Assembly (NCBI RefSeq): GCF_009914755.1
Contig: NC_060928.1
DNA: 64,000 bases
Direction: 5' to 3' (one strand)
DNA from: the human T2T-CHM13v2.0 reference genome, Homo sapiens
In this document: in pieces, positions 1 to 14,568 of the stretch
How the letters are laid out: each line of letters opens with the position of its first letter
Numbering within the stretch: position 1 is the stretch's first letter
Notes under the pieces: generated by a model
What the model was told of the DNA's origin: nothing
Databases searched by the model: none
What the model saw: only the letters and a program-made list of their open reading frames with translations
Made by a program: the position numbers and the translations under genes

Positions 1-108
1 CAACTCTTTGTCCCTGGCAAATTCTGGTAATAAGAGGTTTGAGAGGATTTTTTAAGAGCTCTATAGTCAAAAGTTGACTTAATTAAAACCTATATTTAGG
101 CTAGTCTC

Positions 109-109
109 T

Positions 110-140
<31 letters not shown>

Positions 141-187
141 CATAGATACATAGATAGAGATAGACAGACAGACAGACACATACATAG
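109..187. repeat. Compound (TAGA)n/(CAGA)n microsatellite
   Basis: Seen directly. Confidence 0.95.
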
Positions 188-682
188 TAAATTCTAACAA
201 CTTGATGCCTTAAAAAAAAAAAAAGAGAAATTAACAGAAAAAGGTGCCACATGTTCCTTTTTGGTAGTAACTGCTATTTTTCCTTAGGGAATCCCCAAAG
301 CTGTAAATGGACGGAGTTATCTCAGATCTAAAATTCTGTTCCCTTTTGTATTGCATTTCCTGATCTTCTTGGCTTTGGGGGGTACCAGAAATTACTTTAT
401 GAAAAAAATTAACCTTGGTATGTGTCATGGCTAGGTGAGAAATACACTTTTAGAATGGCTGATGGCAGTTGCTTACAGTGAACAGTTATTACTACAGGGT
501 GCTCCTCTTTGAGTGTTTGGATAAGAAAAGCATCCTTTAGGCCCTGAAGACTGACTGCTTTCTTAGGCTGAGTTCCTTAAAGGGCTCCACCCTAAAACCA
601 GTAATCTAATTAAGAAATAAGCTAAGTTAAAAAGCCATTTTACAACTTTCTGGCATTTAGCTGGCTATCTTAAAATGCCTTT

Positions 683-716
<34 letters not shown>

Positions 717-1255
717 CCTGACATCTTTAAGGAACTCTCCATTTGTAAGGGTGTCTGCTTGCATACATTAAACTCTTAACCATTATTTTAAATTTATAAG
801 CTATACCTTTATTTGAGGTGCTTTTCCTCACCTTCTTAACTAAAATTTACTTACATGATTTTTTTCCCTTGGTTTGAACAAGTGATGGTACAATATTCAG
901 GCCTAATGTCTTCACGCTATGCTTTCAAAATATCAAAATTCAAATGATATATGTTGTTTTATCTTAGCTGTTCCTTTAGAAATGCAAATTTAAGGTTGCC
1001 TAGCTAACAATAACTGAGAGCAAAGAAACAGATAATCAAGAAATTGACAGTCTAAAGTAGGAAGAAAAAGCCTTGAAAACTGGCAAATTAAAAATATCAC
1101 AAATTTATAAGATCTGCTTCTATGTGTCTATATGTCTACTTAATTACACTGGTAATATGTGATGTCTTACTACTAAAATAAATAAAAGGGCTCTAATTTA
1201 TTGGTTTAAAGAAAAAGTAAGTGCTTAAATCAAGCATTTTATTAAAAATTTTTTA

Positions 1256-1586
<331 letters not shown>

Positions 1587-2125
1587 CCCTTTAACTCAAA
1601 TGCCTTTTAGTTCACATGTCTTTAATAATCTTTAATAAATAAAGCTAATTTTAAAATTATTGATAAAGTAAAAATGTCTTCCAAATTAGACATTTGGTCA
1701 AAACTGGTCAGGCAGGTCAGATACTGTCTTTGCTACTTGTTTGAAGGTTATAAACCACTTCTGTAATATTTTTTAGAATTGTTTAACTTGTCTGTTTTGG
1801 AGGCATTTGATTCTAGGCTCTAAACTAATAGGCAGGGTAAACTATGCTGGGAAGGGTCAGACATTATCTGCAGCTTCGTCCTTTGTGGTGAGCTCCGCAT
1901 CTGATACATAATTAAAATTGCACTAATTTTTCAGTGAACCCTTAGAGGGTTCACGCTGAGAAGAGCCTACAGCCCCTACACTTTCCCTTAACATTTTTGA
2001 AAAATATATTTGCTTTTACTGCATGTATAGGGAGAGATATCAACTAAAAAGTCCCTCAGAAAAAATATTTTCTCTACTGGGAGCAAAAACATAAGAAAAA
2101 CCACTTTCTGGTTTAAAAACCCTAC

Positions 2126-2189
2126 CTGTCACTATTGATCCAGTAATAAAATAGGGTCTTGTGGTGGGGGTAGGGGTATTATTCTGCAC
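2126..2189 (-). pseudogene. Exon (64 nt, 0-1): VQNNTPTPTTRPYFITGSIVT
   Basis: Acceptor atccttgactttatag|, donor CAG|gtaggg; open; 147-nt intron from the previous exon. Confidence 0.6.
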
Positions 2190-2336
2190 CTATAAAGTCA
2201 AGGATATTTGCACAAATAGCAACACAAGTTAATGTGCCTACAACACCTTCATAATCATTCACTTTTTTTTTAGTATTAACACTTATTCCCATGTAGTAAA
2301 ATTATAAAATTATGTATAAATTCTACAAAACATTAC

Positions 2337-2564
2337 CTGACAAAATAAGTTCCCTTATGGAGACATCAAGATCACTGACCCTATTTCAGAATAGCATAAA
2401 GATAATAAAGTTCTAAAACTGAGTTTCAACAATGACCCAGGAACTGAAGGGTCCCTAATATGAAGCTAATTCTCAAACAGCCTTGCCAAAGTTAAAGCAA
2501 AGATTCTGTTAGCCAGAAATCCCAAAACAAACCTTCTGCCAAATTGAATAGCAATTTTGTTTCC
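2337..2564 (-). pseudogene. Exon (228 nt, 0-0): GNKIAIQFGRRFVLGFLANRIFALTLARLFEN*LHIRDPSVPGSLLKLSFRTLLSLCYSEIGSVILMSP*GNLFCQ
   Basis: Acceptor aatttttatttttag|, donor CAG|gtaatg; exactly 76 codons with 2 stops. Confidence 0.68.
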
Positions 2565-2980
2565 CTAAAAATAAAAATTTTTAAATTAATACATAGAAGT
2601 GAGTTTTAATAATGCCAAAAATATTATTTCCTATGTAAAACATCTAAATGTCTTAGTTCTTACTGTGCTTTTCAAGCAAAGGATAGAATGTAATGCAGCT
2701 GTCACTTCCCTAATATAATTATCTGAAAATTATCAGTTTATTTTTAAAATACTATGCATAAATTTATGATGAAAATAACTAGTTGAAAGAAAAATAAGAT
2801 GTTCCATCATGTTGTTAGCAGCATGCCTCAAAGGCAGGAACCTACCCAACAGATACGATTTAATAAACTGTGCAATAGAATTTAAATCAGTTATATAATG
2901 CTCATTAAGACAATGACAGTGCTCTATCCAACAGAGCACTAAGTTACTACAATCAAATCTTAGTTGTCAGGCATAATGCT

Positions 2981-3058
2981 TGAAGGAAATAAAAATATTT
3001 TACCCCAAAATATACTTATTTGGCATATTTTAAGATGGATATCCAGAGGGCTACAAAT
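2981..3058 (+). mobile_element. 5' fragment of a MER34/MER39-type ERV1 LTR
   Basis: Starts TGAAGGAAATAAAAATATTTTACCCCAAAATATAC, matching the recalled start of these LTRs. Confidence 0.6.
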
Positions 3059-4324
3059 TCCCCTCAACCCCTATAGGCTCAAGGCAGTGTTTCTTATCTT
3101 GATGTGGGATCTCAAGGGAAAGACGGGCCAGGATAATCCAAAACCTAGACACTGTGGATCAGATGACAGATCAAGTTCAAGGAGAGCCAGCTGGGACTAG
3201 GAGAATTAGACAGGTGCCCCTGGATTGAGCAAGAAAATGTTGAGTATTGACAAAGTTATCAGACGAGGAAAGGTTAGAAAGGTCCCAGGAGCCTAGAAGG
3301 GCAGTGTTTACAGTCCAGGAAGTCAAACAATGACACCAGCATATTAGATGGATTAAGGCACACTCTGATTCTAAAACAGATCATTTCCTCTGTGCCCTTT
3401 TCCATGTGTCTGATAAGACAGAGAGTGTGCCTGGTCCTACTAGCATTTATACCATCCTCAAGGGGCCAGAAAGCCCCAGGAGAACTTTCCAAGAGATCCT
3501 CATGCAACAACCCACCTTGTTCCATAACTGTGCCCAGCAGCTCAAGGGAACAATTATAAACAAGGATACCACCCCCAAAGAGTAATAAAATCTAGCTGAG
3601 GGGACAAAATATACACAAACATCAGTGCAAGGCACTAACTGACCCAGGCTGTAATTCTGTGGTACAGATACTCCCTTTCCCCACCCCAGCCCTGACATCT
3701 GTCTCCTACACAAACTACACCTTCAGTGCTTGCCCAACTTTGTTGCTTACTTCACTGCTTACACCCACTTAAACTGGGTCATCCTGGCATCTGCAGTGCC
3801 CACTCAACCCTGCGTCCCTCTGCCTTGCCATCAGCTACTACTTATGTTGTTCTCCAAACATTTCAAAACCAGGCACTACACAGCCATCGACTTCTGATCC
3901 TAATTCACCATGTCCTTTACAGCCAGCCAGTAGAGAGGCTCAGTAAGAGGGCAAATTGGATAACACCAAGGCTGTCCAAGAAAAGCAGGTTTATAGTTCC
4001 ATTCTTTTATTGTAAAATTACTTATTAAATTACTTCCCTTTGCATGTTTTACTTGTTTTTATAACAGTGCTTTCCTCTAGCAAGGAAGTAGATAAAACCA
4101 CAGTGTGCAGCCCCGCACACTCCACTGTATGTGTTTATTCTTAGAATGGTAAGTCAGAGAGAGTGGAACACTGGCAAGCTTTCACCTGCTTTTAGTTTAA
4201 AAGGATGTCAGTTACAGTTTATTATCCCAATGATGCATTTTTAAAAATTCTTACAATCATATTATATACATGTGATGTTGATGTCAATCATAAGCAGCCT
4301 AAGTTACATTGTTATTAAAATTAC

Positions 4325-4550
4325 CTGTTGTACAATGCTTCATATTTTCCAGGAAAAGGAGACATTTAAATTATATGGTTTTGGTGAAAACACATCGGTA
4401 ACTGAACATGGGATGAACAACCTCTATATCATTCTCCCTTTTAATACTGTTAGGCTTTCCCCAACCCACACCAATGCCATCAACCTTGCTCCCAGAAAAG
4501 CTACCTAAATTCTCTGAGTTGCCATTCATAAAAACAGAGTCTGGGATCAA
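4325..4550 (-). pseudogene. Exon (226 nt = 225+1): LIPDSVFMNGNSENLGSFSGSKVDGIGVGWGKPNSIKRENDIEVVHPMFSY.../VFSPKPYNLNVSFSWKI*SIVQQ
   Basis: Acceptor aattcactttcacag|, donor CAG|gtaatt; first 59 codons open (ORF 4371..4709); needs one indel to end in phase 0. Confidence 0.66.
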
Positions 4551-5519
4551 CTGTGAAAGTGAATTATATACATGAGTGAATAAATCAAAATAATACTCTA
4601 ACGAAATAGGTAAGCCAAGTTTATTGTTTCTGGCAGTAGGCTTTAACCATGTGATAATGTTCTGTTGATTTTCTCTTAAAAATGTCATCCAATTACATAA
4701 AACTGTCAATCAATCTTAATCAAACAAGATTTGGACAATGGATTCTTGCTGGGCTTTTCTATATGATTAAACGATATGAACTTATTTGCTTTATTACTTT
4801 ATATGGCCAAAGCATATACTGGAAACCTACAAGAAAAACAGGAGACAAAGGTGAGCTACAAGCAAGGAACTGAAGAAAATGCAGCCATGGAAATTTCCCA
4901 ATATCATGAGTTATTCAGATTTCCAAGCTGGATCAAGTAGAAATCCTAGAACATGAGGCATGGGTAAAAGTTCTTAAATAGGGCCAAGACATTACAAATC
5001 CCTTTCTAGGCCATGACTTACTTAAATCACATTTTGTTCCTGTATTCATATGTAAATAACAATAATAATAAAATCCTTATCAGATAAACTCAGAGTTTTA
5101 AAGACTACATTTGAGAATTTCAAATTCCTAGAATACTGAATATTTAACAAAACAAGGGCTATAATTTAAGGTTAGCTTCTTATAATATGATACATGCTTG
5201 AATTTAAAAAGAGTATAATGCAAGAAGACTGGCTGTGAAAATTTTAAAATTCTAATCTGCTTATAAAACACTCAAGCTGAAATAAATCTTGGCTGTAATT
5301 AAGATAAGTAACCACAGCTATAGGGCTACTGTTAGCATGAACATGCCCTTACCAGTAAGAGAAAACAATTAAGTTACAGATCTTACAAGTTATAAACAAT
5401 TTTTTTCTGAAACAAATCCATCATTTTTATTGATTTGAAATCAATAGAGTTTTCATAAATTATTTCTCATAGAAAAAAAGACATACGAGATTAATTTTTA
5501 AATCTTAGCACTGAAAGGG

Positions 5520-7345
5520 TAGGTCACCATTTCTCCTTCCAGTGTTATTCTTGTCATAACTATTTGAGATTTCAATATCCACAGATATGATCTTGCCTTT
5601 TGTCTTAAACGATTGTCTCCACTTTATTAGGACTATTCATTTTCATTACCAGACCCTAGATCTTGTCACTACCAATATCTGGACTTTCTGCAGATCTCAA
5701 TCACAAGCATCTCATTTCCTAATTTTTCTAACTCCCATTCTGTGCCCAACAATCTTTAAGCTGCATCAGGGTCTACTGAGGAATCTGGGTTTTGGCTAAA
5801 AACCTACTGTGATCTTTCAGGCCTAACCCCAGGCAGTTACAAAGACTTTTCCTGGCAGACCTGAACTACCTTCCTCATACCAGACTTGGTGTGCAGCTAG
5901 TGCATTGCTGAAAGGAGTTGCAGTCACAGACTCAAGCCCCCAGGGCTGGCCATGCTCTTATGCATATCCGTGTTCTTAGCTCAGCAAGAAGGCCTTCAGG
6001 AACCTCTGCTAAGAACTTATCATTTGGAGGAGCTGAAGGGGAACCTTGAAGACACTTTTCTCCACTCTAGCTCAATAATTTTTTACTCCTACCCCTTCCT
6101 TTTCACCCTTTTCCCTGGGCCCCTAGTATATAAAACTAAAGGAGACTTTTGTTCAAGACTCCCTCAGCAGTAAAGCAATTCCCCACATGTATTGATTCAC
6201 TTGACCCTCAGATATCCAGTACTGTTTCACGGGTAAAATGGACAGAGGTGGTGCATGGGTGGGGTGGAAGTGGGAAGTGGTAGAGACAGTGGTCAGAACT
6301 TTCTCTGGTTTAGCTTCTTGCTTATACTATCACAGTGAGTGATTAAATGTTAGAGCACTATTTCATTGTGGTTTATTGTCATAATCAGCTATTCTGAAGC
6401 ATGGTAGCACAGCACAGCTCTCTCCAGCTCAGCTTGGCCCCTGACATCTACAATCCATTGTACAACCACCTTTTCAATATACCTTCCCTCCTCATGTCCT
6501 CATTTCCATTCTTATCCAGCTTAAATGTCATGGTTGTTTATTGCATTCAGCCATATCTTTATACCTCAAACTACCATGACTCTCTTGTGCTTCATTATGC
6601 TCACTTGGGAAAATCATGAGCTTGGTAATCACAGAGCTTGGTAAATCACAGAGCTCCACCTACTCTGTCCTTTTACCTGTGTGGTTGAATGTGTCTGGAG
6701 AAAATCCCATAACCATACTGGCCAGCGTTGCTTTATATCCATGATCTTTATCTTCAATGGCAAATATATTATACATCCCTGATCCATTCACTCATGCATA
6801 TACCTCAAATTCTATTAAATACTTTTGTCTCCTATTAAACATCTGACACCCCCTCCATCTTTATGTCTCTCTGACACTGTGCTTCCTATTTCAGTAAGAA
6901 AATATAAGCAACTGGAAGATATGCAAGCTCCCATCAAAAGGTATGCAATATCTAGACCCTTTTAACAACCTCATCTGCACTTGTATATCTTGCCTCTTCT
7001 CCATCATTGTGAGTCAACTCTATATGCATTTGTCTAAAACTAACTCCAATTTATACTAAATCTCAACTCCTCTTGCCTACTCAAGGGCATCATTTTAGCA
7101 TTTTTTTTCTACAGTTTTCCCCTCTCCACCAGTTCTTTTTCATCAGCATACAAACAATCTATTACTTCTCCCATCTTAAAAGAACAAAACAAAAAAATTT
7201 TATTCAGCAACCACCCTCTTTCTCTCTCTCCCTGTATAGTAAAGCATCTTACTAGATTTGCCTATACTCATGGTTTTCAAATTTTCTTCTCCAATCCTTT
7301 CTTGAAACCATTCCAATCAAGCTTTGGGACTCATCACTTTATCAA
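5520..7345 (+). mobile_element. L2 LINE fragment split by an LTR
   Basis: CT-rich L2 ORF2-like sequence, e.g. ttcttgaaaccattccaatcaagcttt. Confidence 0.65.
5775..6440 (+). mobile_element. Old solo LTR (probably ERVL class) inserted in L2
   Basis: About 650-bp higher-GC block with TATA (tatataaaa ~6127) and ATTAAA (~6342) between L2 halves; family uncertain. Confidence 0.5.
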
Positions 7346-7551
7346 AAGTCTGATGATGCCAAGTAGTATCTTCTAAAACTGCAACAGGGAGAAAAAAAAC
7401 CTAGTGTCACAATAAATGAGGAATTTGAACAATACATGGATATGGGTAATAATAAACTTTTTATTATTTACAATGAAGGCACCAAATTTAACTTAAATAA
7501 TGAGAGCACTAGTTGGACACATTTTATGGCTTCTCTTTTCCATAAATTCAC

Positions 7552-7748
7552 AGTACTGAGTTGAATATGGTTTTTATAATTCTTTTTTGTGCTGTATCTT
7601 GTATTCCTTCAACTCAATCTATAGGAATTGAAGATGAAACCAGTCAATCAGATTCCTATAGAATTGTACTTATTTCCATCGTAGGATAGAGAATTACTTC
7701 TTTTCTTCAAAGTATCTGTTCTAAATTCTATTAACCCCTTCATTCCAT
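7552..7748 (-). pseudogene. Exon (197 nt, 1-0): (Y)GMKGLIEFRTDTLKKRSNSLSYDGNKYNSIGI*LTGFIFNSYRLS*RNTRYSTKKNYKNHIQLST
   Basis: Acceptor ttgctcttttctttcccaaaag|, weak donor ACT|gtgaat; 2+195 nt fits both neighbours; 2 TGA stops. Confidence 0.58.
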
Positions 7749-8118
7749 CTTTTGGGAAAGAAAAGAGCAATCTTATTTAAGAAAACAGCTAGTCATTGTA
7801 CACTTGCCCAATTTTTAACTCATTTTTGCCCTGTCTTATTTGCATGAAATTTTTTTTTTATTTTTGCAGCAGGTGCATTTTCCTATCTCAGATTATAATC
7901 TTTTCTTAGAAGTACGTCACATGACCTTTCTGTGAAATTATGTGTGGTTTTGTGTTTGTGCATCAGTGAAATGAATTTATATTTTTATACCAGCTTTCAG
8001 TATAAAAACTATCTGGGCCAAGGATTATTAGATAATATTATACCTAAAATATTATAAAATATTGATACCCAGATGATTTAAACATTTATTATCTCAGAAC
8101 ACATTATGGTTAAGATCA

Positions 8119-8640
8119 TGTATCAGTCAGGGCTATAGATCAAAAACAAAAGAAACAGGCTCTGGCTACCTTAATCCATAAGAAAATTTATTGGAAAGAT
8201 AACAGCATTAATGGAAGGCTAGAAGGCCAGTCTTGGGGAACTGGTGGGAGGAATGGAGCCCCAAGAAAGTAGGAATCACAGAAAAGTTTATATGGCAAGA
8301 GCAAACTGGTCTGCTTGCCACTCCTGGAGCAGCCTCTACTTGAAAGTTTCAGAAAAGTGCAGGTGGTAAACAAGGTATGTCATAATTACCACTGACTGTT
8401 CCAAAGAGGAGAGGATATCCCACCCATTTGGTCTCCATAGTGGTTAGTAGGTACTCCCTCCTGCCAGCCTCTCCACAGTAGGAGATGCCCCAAAACAGAG
8501 GGTGGAAATGATGTATTATAGCCAGGAGAATGAGGAAGGTCAACTCTAAGGCTCCTTAAAGGAATGCCACATGGATCCAATCAGGTCAAGGGCAGCCACA
8601 CTCTAACTGGTGCAATCAGGCTGGCATGATCATCAGATAC
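8119..8640 (-). mobile_element. Old MaLR (MLT1-type) LTR
   Basis: Begins tgtatcagtcagg followed by ...atttattggaaagata, typical of reversed MLT1 ends; degenerate. Confidence 0.45.
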
Positions 8641-9618
8641 ATGCTGAAAATGAAAAATAATAACAAGCAGCACCGAGCAGCCAAAAAAAAAAAAAAGGTT
8701 TCATGGAAAGAAAAAGGGATTTGTCTTGGTAACAGTTTGGGCTTGTTTCTATTTCACCAAATACATATTAATATATATGAAATTGTAGAATTTTTTGTTA
8801 AACACTAGTTTGAAAGACTATTTCTTCTACTAGATACCTTCCTGAACCATTGCTTATAATCAAGCTCAGGAGTAAGGAGTTAGTACCTCTACCTTGATGT
8901 GCAGAGGACACAGTCGACTATGGAGAGCCTGAAAATCTGGTACTGTAGGTGATAAACCCTTCTAGACATCTATCAAATAGACACTTGGGTAGGTTGACTA
9001 CACAGGTGAACTACAGAAGTTTCTCAAAATTGAATGAACACAATAAATATTTGTATTTACTCAAATATTCTAGATATTTTGATGTCTACTATACTATATA
9101 TACTAGTACTAAAAATGTACTCACATTTATTACATATTATGAGAGTTCAACACAAAATGAACTAGGTGAAATCAGACTACTGGAAAGAGTTAGGCTCCCA
9201 CTCACACTGAAGCTTAGCCAAGTCAAGCCTAAGTTAGGAGCCTGAGCAATCTGTTAGCAGTCTTACCAATACAAGGTTTTCCTGGCTTGTAACCCCACAC
9301 ACAGACCCTGTCATCTTTTCTGTGCTTTCATGGCTTTGTCCTCTTTAAGCTTTAGTAGTTTCTTTAAAAAAAAAAAAATCATTCTTTCAAGTTCAAATTG
9401 TTTGTTACAATTGGACACAAAAGACTCCATATAGGCACTGGGTAAAGTTTATTTCTTGTGTGTGGTTCACAGAATTCTTGTTGATGAGACCCTCTTAAAA
9501 ATCATCTACTCTTCTTTATTCCAGTCTTTAGCATATTCCAGAAAGCCTAATTACTTATTGCAAAAACATAAAAATAGAAATCTCTTCACTAGATTATGAT
9601 TTAAAGCATGAACTTCGA

Positions 9619-9929
<311 letters not shown>

Positions 9930-10127
9930 GAACTTTGAATTTACTTTGGGTTCACAAACTATAACATTTTTAAATAAAGATTGATTTCTGCAAAAAAAAA
10001 TTTCCCTAATTTGGTTGCATAGCATTAGTGATTTTGCTGCTGACTACATCTGAAGTTAGATAACATTGAAGATGTTTTTATCAACAAGTGCTAATATCTA
10101 TCATGTTGAAGAAAAACTAGTTTATCT

Positions 10128-10307
10128 AGAGCACTTGCTCTGGAATTAATAAGATGTGAGTTTAAGCTTGGCTCAGAAACTTAGTAGCCATGTTATTTTG
10201 TGCAAGTTACTTAACTTCTATCAGCTCGATTTCCTCACCTGCCAAAGGAAGACAATATGTAATGATTAAAAGGAAGAGATTGTGAAAAAACTTGGTACAG
10301 AACCTGT
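10128..10307 (+). mobile_element. MIR
   Basis: Core gcaagttacttaacttct...tttcctcacctg. Confidence 0.75.
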
Positions 10308-12633
10308 TACTCTCTCTCCTGCCCTCTTTGTGAGTCTTTCAAGGCCATTTTTATCCATTAGTTAATGTAAATGAAACTCTCACAATGTCCTCAACTTGTT
10401 GTATTGGCCCTTCCAAACACAGCCACTTTCTCACAAATAACAAGTATGTATTTGAAATCTCAGAATTTTAAATTAATAAATAGTTTTCCATTTTTAAAAA
10501 GATAAATACCTTACAATAATGATAATACATTCTGCAGCAAGTTAGATTCAATGGTTAGGTCACAATACTATTATGGCAGAAGTACTATTAAAGGAACATT
10601 ATGAGGGGCAGAGATGACAATGCCAGCCTTAAACAGATTGTTAAGAAGGCTAGAGAGAACAAGAGCTTCAGGAGAATAAAAGAAAAATGTGCTCCCAAAT
10701 TTAGTGATGAGTCCAGGGAGTCCCATTAAACAAATTAGCAGGTTTGGAACATAGGGTTTGATGTTTATGGGTATATAAATAAAAAGCTTGTTTTCTCTGG
10801 GGCAGCTTAATTTACTACAGCATGTCTCATCGTTTCTGAAAGAATGAATGTTGCAATTATTAGTACCCCAAAGAATTAGTTCATCCTGGGATAAAAATGG
10901 GCTCCTCTCTGAGGGCAGAATGCATTGGTACCAAACTCTGGAGCATAAAGAAGACCAGATGCATTCCAGTAGGTAAAGGGGGCTAACTCAGGAAACAAGT
11001 GAACTAGCAGCACCAGACTAGTAACTCAGAAGAGTGGCTGATTTCTGGAGCTCCACCATTTGGTGCACCCCAGTATGAGAACATTACCTTCAAAGTGTGG
11101 AAGGAGATGGTGTATCCAAAATCTGGCACTTAACTAGCCAGGAGCAAGGACTGACCTTAGAAGCAAAATGGGGTGGTACCTCCCCAAAACCAATGAGAGT
11201 GTGTCGGTAGGAATATCTATTAGAAGAAGCTGTGTTTCACAGAGCAGAGGACTCAAGGCCTCACCAGCAACACAGGATGCAACAGGATGGCAAGATAAGG
11301 AGGCCGGAATGAACAAACCACAGGAACTTGTTCCAGAACATGTATGAAGAAAACTTTTAAAAACAAAACAAAACAAGCTGGGGCATGATGGTGAGGTGGT
11401 AGAGGGGAGACACAGAGTGAGACTGATAAATAACGTATTGGAAACATTTTGAGATAGCTAATTTTCAGCAACAAATCAGTAAAGAACTTCTGCCACAAGA
11501 ATTTACTATAAAAATTAATTGCATTGAGTTATATAATGGTGAGTACAATGACATATGAATTACATATAATTTGGTAAAACTACCCCTTGAGACATCAACT
11601 TTATTTAAATCCTGTCTAAACAAGACATGTGTGGCCTCTATGACTTCACAGAATGAATTCCTTCATTATGCAGGATTCCCTTAACTTCTTGCCACAAAAC
11701 TTACACATTCACAGGCTTCTACACATTTTTTTACTCATTCCTCCCATTACCATGGGGAAGTTAAATTTAAAATTAATCTCCCTCCAATGCTCTGTACGAT
11801 ATCCTTCCCAATTGCTCAAAGATCGCTATCATTTGCATATTCTTTTTCCCTGCATCTTTCACGTTCTTTTCTACTCACTTTTCTCTATTGCCACGTAAAC
11901 ATGCTGATGATTCCTTTATTCTTAACAAATGACAAGAACAACTCTCCCTCAAGCCCTTGCTCCTGATAGTCACTGCATTTATTCTTACCACTCACAAACC
12001 TGTTGACATAAATGCCAATTTCGTATGTACTTTTCACCCCCACCCATCCTTCATGTCACAGTAATCTGGCTTTTGCTTCTACCTTCCCTGATTAGTGCCC
12101 GCTTAACCATCACTTTGTCCCTTGACTAACCACTGAATTTAATGCATTTCTCAGTTTTTATCTTATTTAGCATTACAGAAACGTTTACTCTTATTGGCCT
12201 TTATCCCCTTGAAATTCACCATACCCTTTCTGGTTTTCCCTCAGACTTTTGTTCTCAATCTCTTTTACTGGCTCTTTTTGCCTCTGACTGTTCTTAAACT
12301 ACTGCTCCTTCCTGGTCATATTTTATTTCCAATCTACACATATTTCCTGGAAATGTCCTCCACTGCCCTGGATTAGATGGGAACCTTGATGTTCAGGACC
12401 ATCGGTTCTCTATTGCCAATCCAGATCGTGCTTCTCCGCTGGACAGCTTCTACAGACACTTGCGTGGGCTTTCAATCCTGCACATTCACTGAATGTATCA
12501 TCTCCCACAGACTGACTCTCCTTTTTTTGTGTATCTCAGTGAATGACTGAAGCCATGAACTTAATTGATCAGTAAAAATTCTGCATATTATCCTTCTCTT
12601 CCTACCAAGTCTCTCTACCCATTCCCACCCCAA

Positions 12634-12672
12634 ACACACACACACACATACACACACACACACACACACACA
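12634..12672. repeat. (CA)n microsatellite
   Basis: Seen directly. Confidence 0.95.
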
Positions 12673-12779
12673 AAGTCAATCATATTCTCCTGATTTCCAA
12701 GAGTAGATTACTTCTCTTCAGCCATTCTACCACCCTCGATCATATATTGCTTCTGGGAAGCTGCAGTTGGGGTGATATG

Positions 12780-13016
12780 TCCTAATGGTTCCGAGCATGA
12801 GTCTCTAAGGCAGAGATTGATTCCTACCTCTGCCACTCATTCACGGTGCTACTTTCAACAATCTATTAATGTCTCTAAGCTTTCATCTCTTCATCTTTAC
12901 AGCTGGCATTATTATAAACTCCAGTCTCACAGGATTATCTTAATAATTAAATGAGATAATGTACAAGGTTTTGTTATAATGCTGTCAAATAGTTAAGCAC
13001 TCAGTATACTGCATTA
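12780..13016 (+). mobile_element. MIR
   Basis: ctctgccact...aattaaatgagataatgta...taagcactcag. Confidence 0.75.
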
Positions 13017-14568
13017 GACAGTGTTTCCAGGCTGCCAGCCTTACTCCTTGGTATCTATTCTCCACAGTGCAACCTGGGTGATTGTCCTAAATGGAAATGT
13101 AATAAAGCTCCCAAATTAAAACCATTTAGTGGCTCCTGTTACACAGAGGACAAAATCCAAATCCATTAAGGTGACTCACCAGCTCCTTCATGGCCTGGCC
13201 TCTGCCACACTCCCAGCCTCATCCCTCAACCTTTCCTCCTGTCCTGTTATACTGACAGGTAATTTGCTTCCATTCTACCTAAACTTCATGCTTTTACATC
13301 TCCAAACTTTGCAAATGCAATTATCCACATTTGAACATCTTTCCCACTCCTGTTTGCCTGGCTAACACTGTCAGGCCTAAGCCCTCGAGGCCATTACCTT
13401 GGCTGTGAATACGCATAGCACCTTGGCATACCCAGAGCACAGCTACATTTGTTTGGCTGCCTGTCTCCCTTTCTGGATTTTAAACTCTGTGAGAGAGTGG
13501 CGGATATGTATGTTGTTTACCTTTGTACTTGGTTCATGATTGATATTTGATAACAATTTTGAGAAACTATATCAATCAATCAATCAGTCAATAAGTTCGG
13601 TTGCTTAATGGCCTTATAGAGAGAAAAGGAGCATCCTGTCCTTTGTCTAGTCTGGCTAGGGGTATGTATTTGCTTATCCATCTGTTTCATGTGTTTTGTT
13701 AACATGCCTCAATATCCAGAGCTCAGCCACCAGAGCTGATGACCTGACATTAAAAACCACTAATCCATTAAGCTGCAATCATCCTAGGCTAAGGCTAAAC
13801 AAGCAAGCTTGGCTTTACTGCATGCTTCAAAAATAAATCCCATTGGCTGAAGTTTAAAGCAGGGATCTCACATTCATACACCTACACAGGCCAGACAAGC
13901 CTCACAAATGAGTGATATGCATTATACACTATGCATTTGCTGGGTAATGTAAGGGGCTGAGCTTAAAGGAGAATACAGGCCTTGTCTAAAGACGCTAAAT
14001 ATTGCTCAACTCCAGTGAATTATTTCAGATCTTCTGGCTTATTCTTTACACCTGGAAATCTAAAATTTGCATATGAAGCTCTTCATTTTAAAACTTGGCT
14101 TATTAAAATAACAGGAAACAAACAAAACAAATCTATGGGATCTGTCTGGCTCCTATGAATTATCAATTCATAATCTTAACTTTAAACCAATGAGAAAGAA
14201 GACAGAATTGTAAGTTGTGAATAGATAAGTACTAAACTGTCAAGTCCACCAATCCCTGCACTGGATCAGCATCTTCTTCTACTCAATTACTCTCCAAAAC
14301 TTCACTGTTATCCTCAACCACTCTTGACATACACTCTCTTACTCTCAGCAGAAGATCCTAATTCATATAGAAACTCAGAGATATTAGTAAATAACCTCCT
14401 TGTCTTCCCATTCTCAGTCTACAAACTTAAGTATAATTGGAACCACTCAACCTCAAACGAGAGGTGGCCATTCTCTTCTTTAAGAGGAATGCTCCCACCT
14501 TTTTTCCTAATGCAGTGCCATCCCATTAATTATTTTGTCTCTATCAAGGCTCCTTAGTTATGTCTTTC

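Larger units (their letters stand above)
11700..13570 (+). mobile_element. L2 fragments including the 3' end, interrupted by (CA)n and a MIR
   Basis: L2 3' motifs such as tctattctccacagtgc and aaaatccaaatcc...catggcctggcc. Confidence 0.6.

Noticed and set aside
2733-2866. Possible extra minus-strand exon starting FIKSYLLG after a ttgcacag acceptor
   Set aside because: No phase-compatible donor found; left unannotated pending orthologue alignment.
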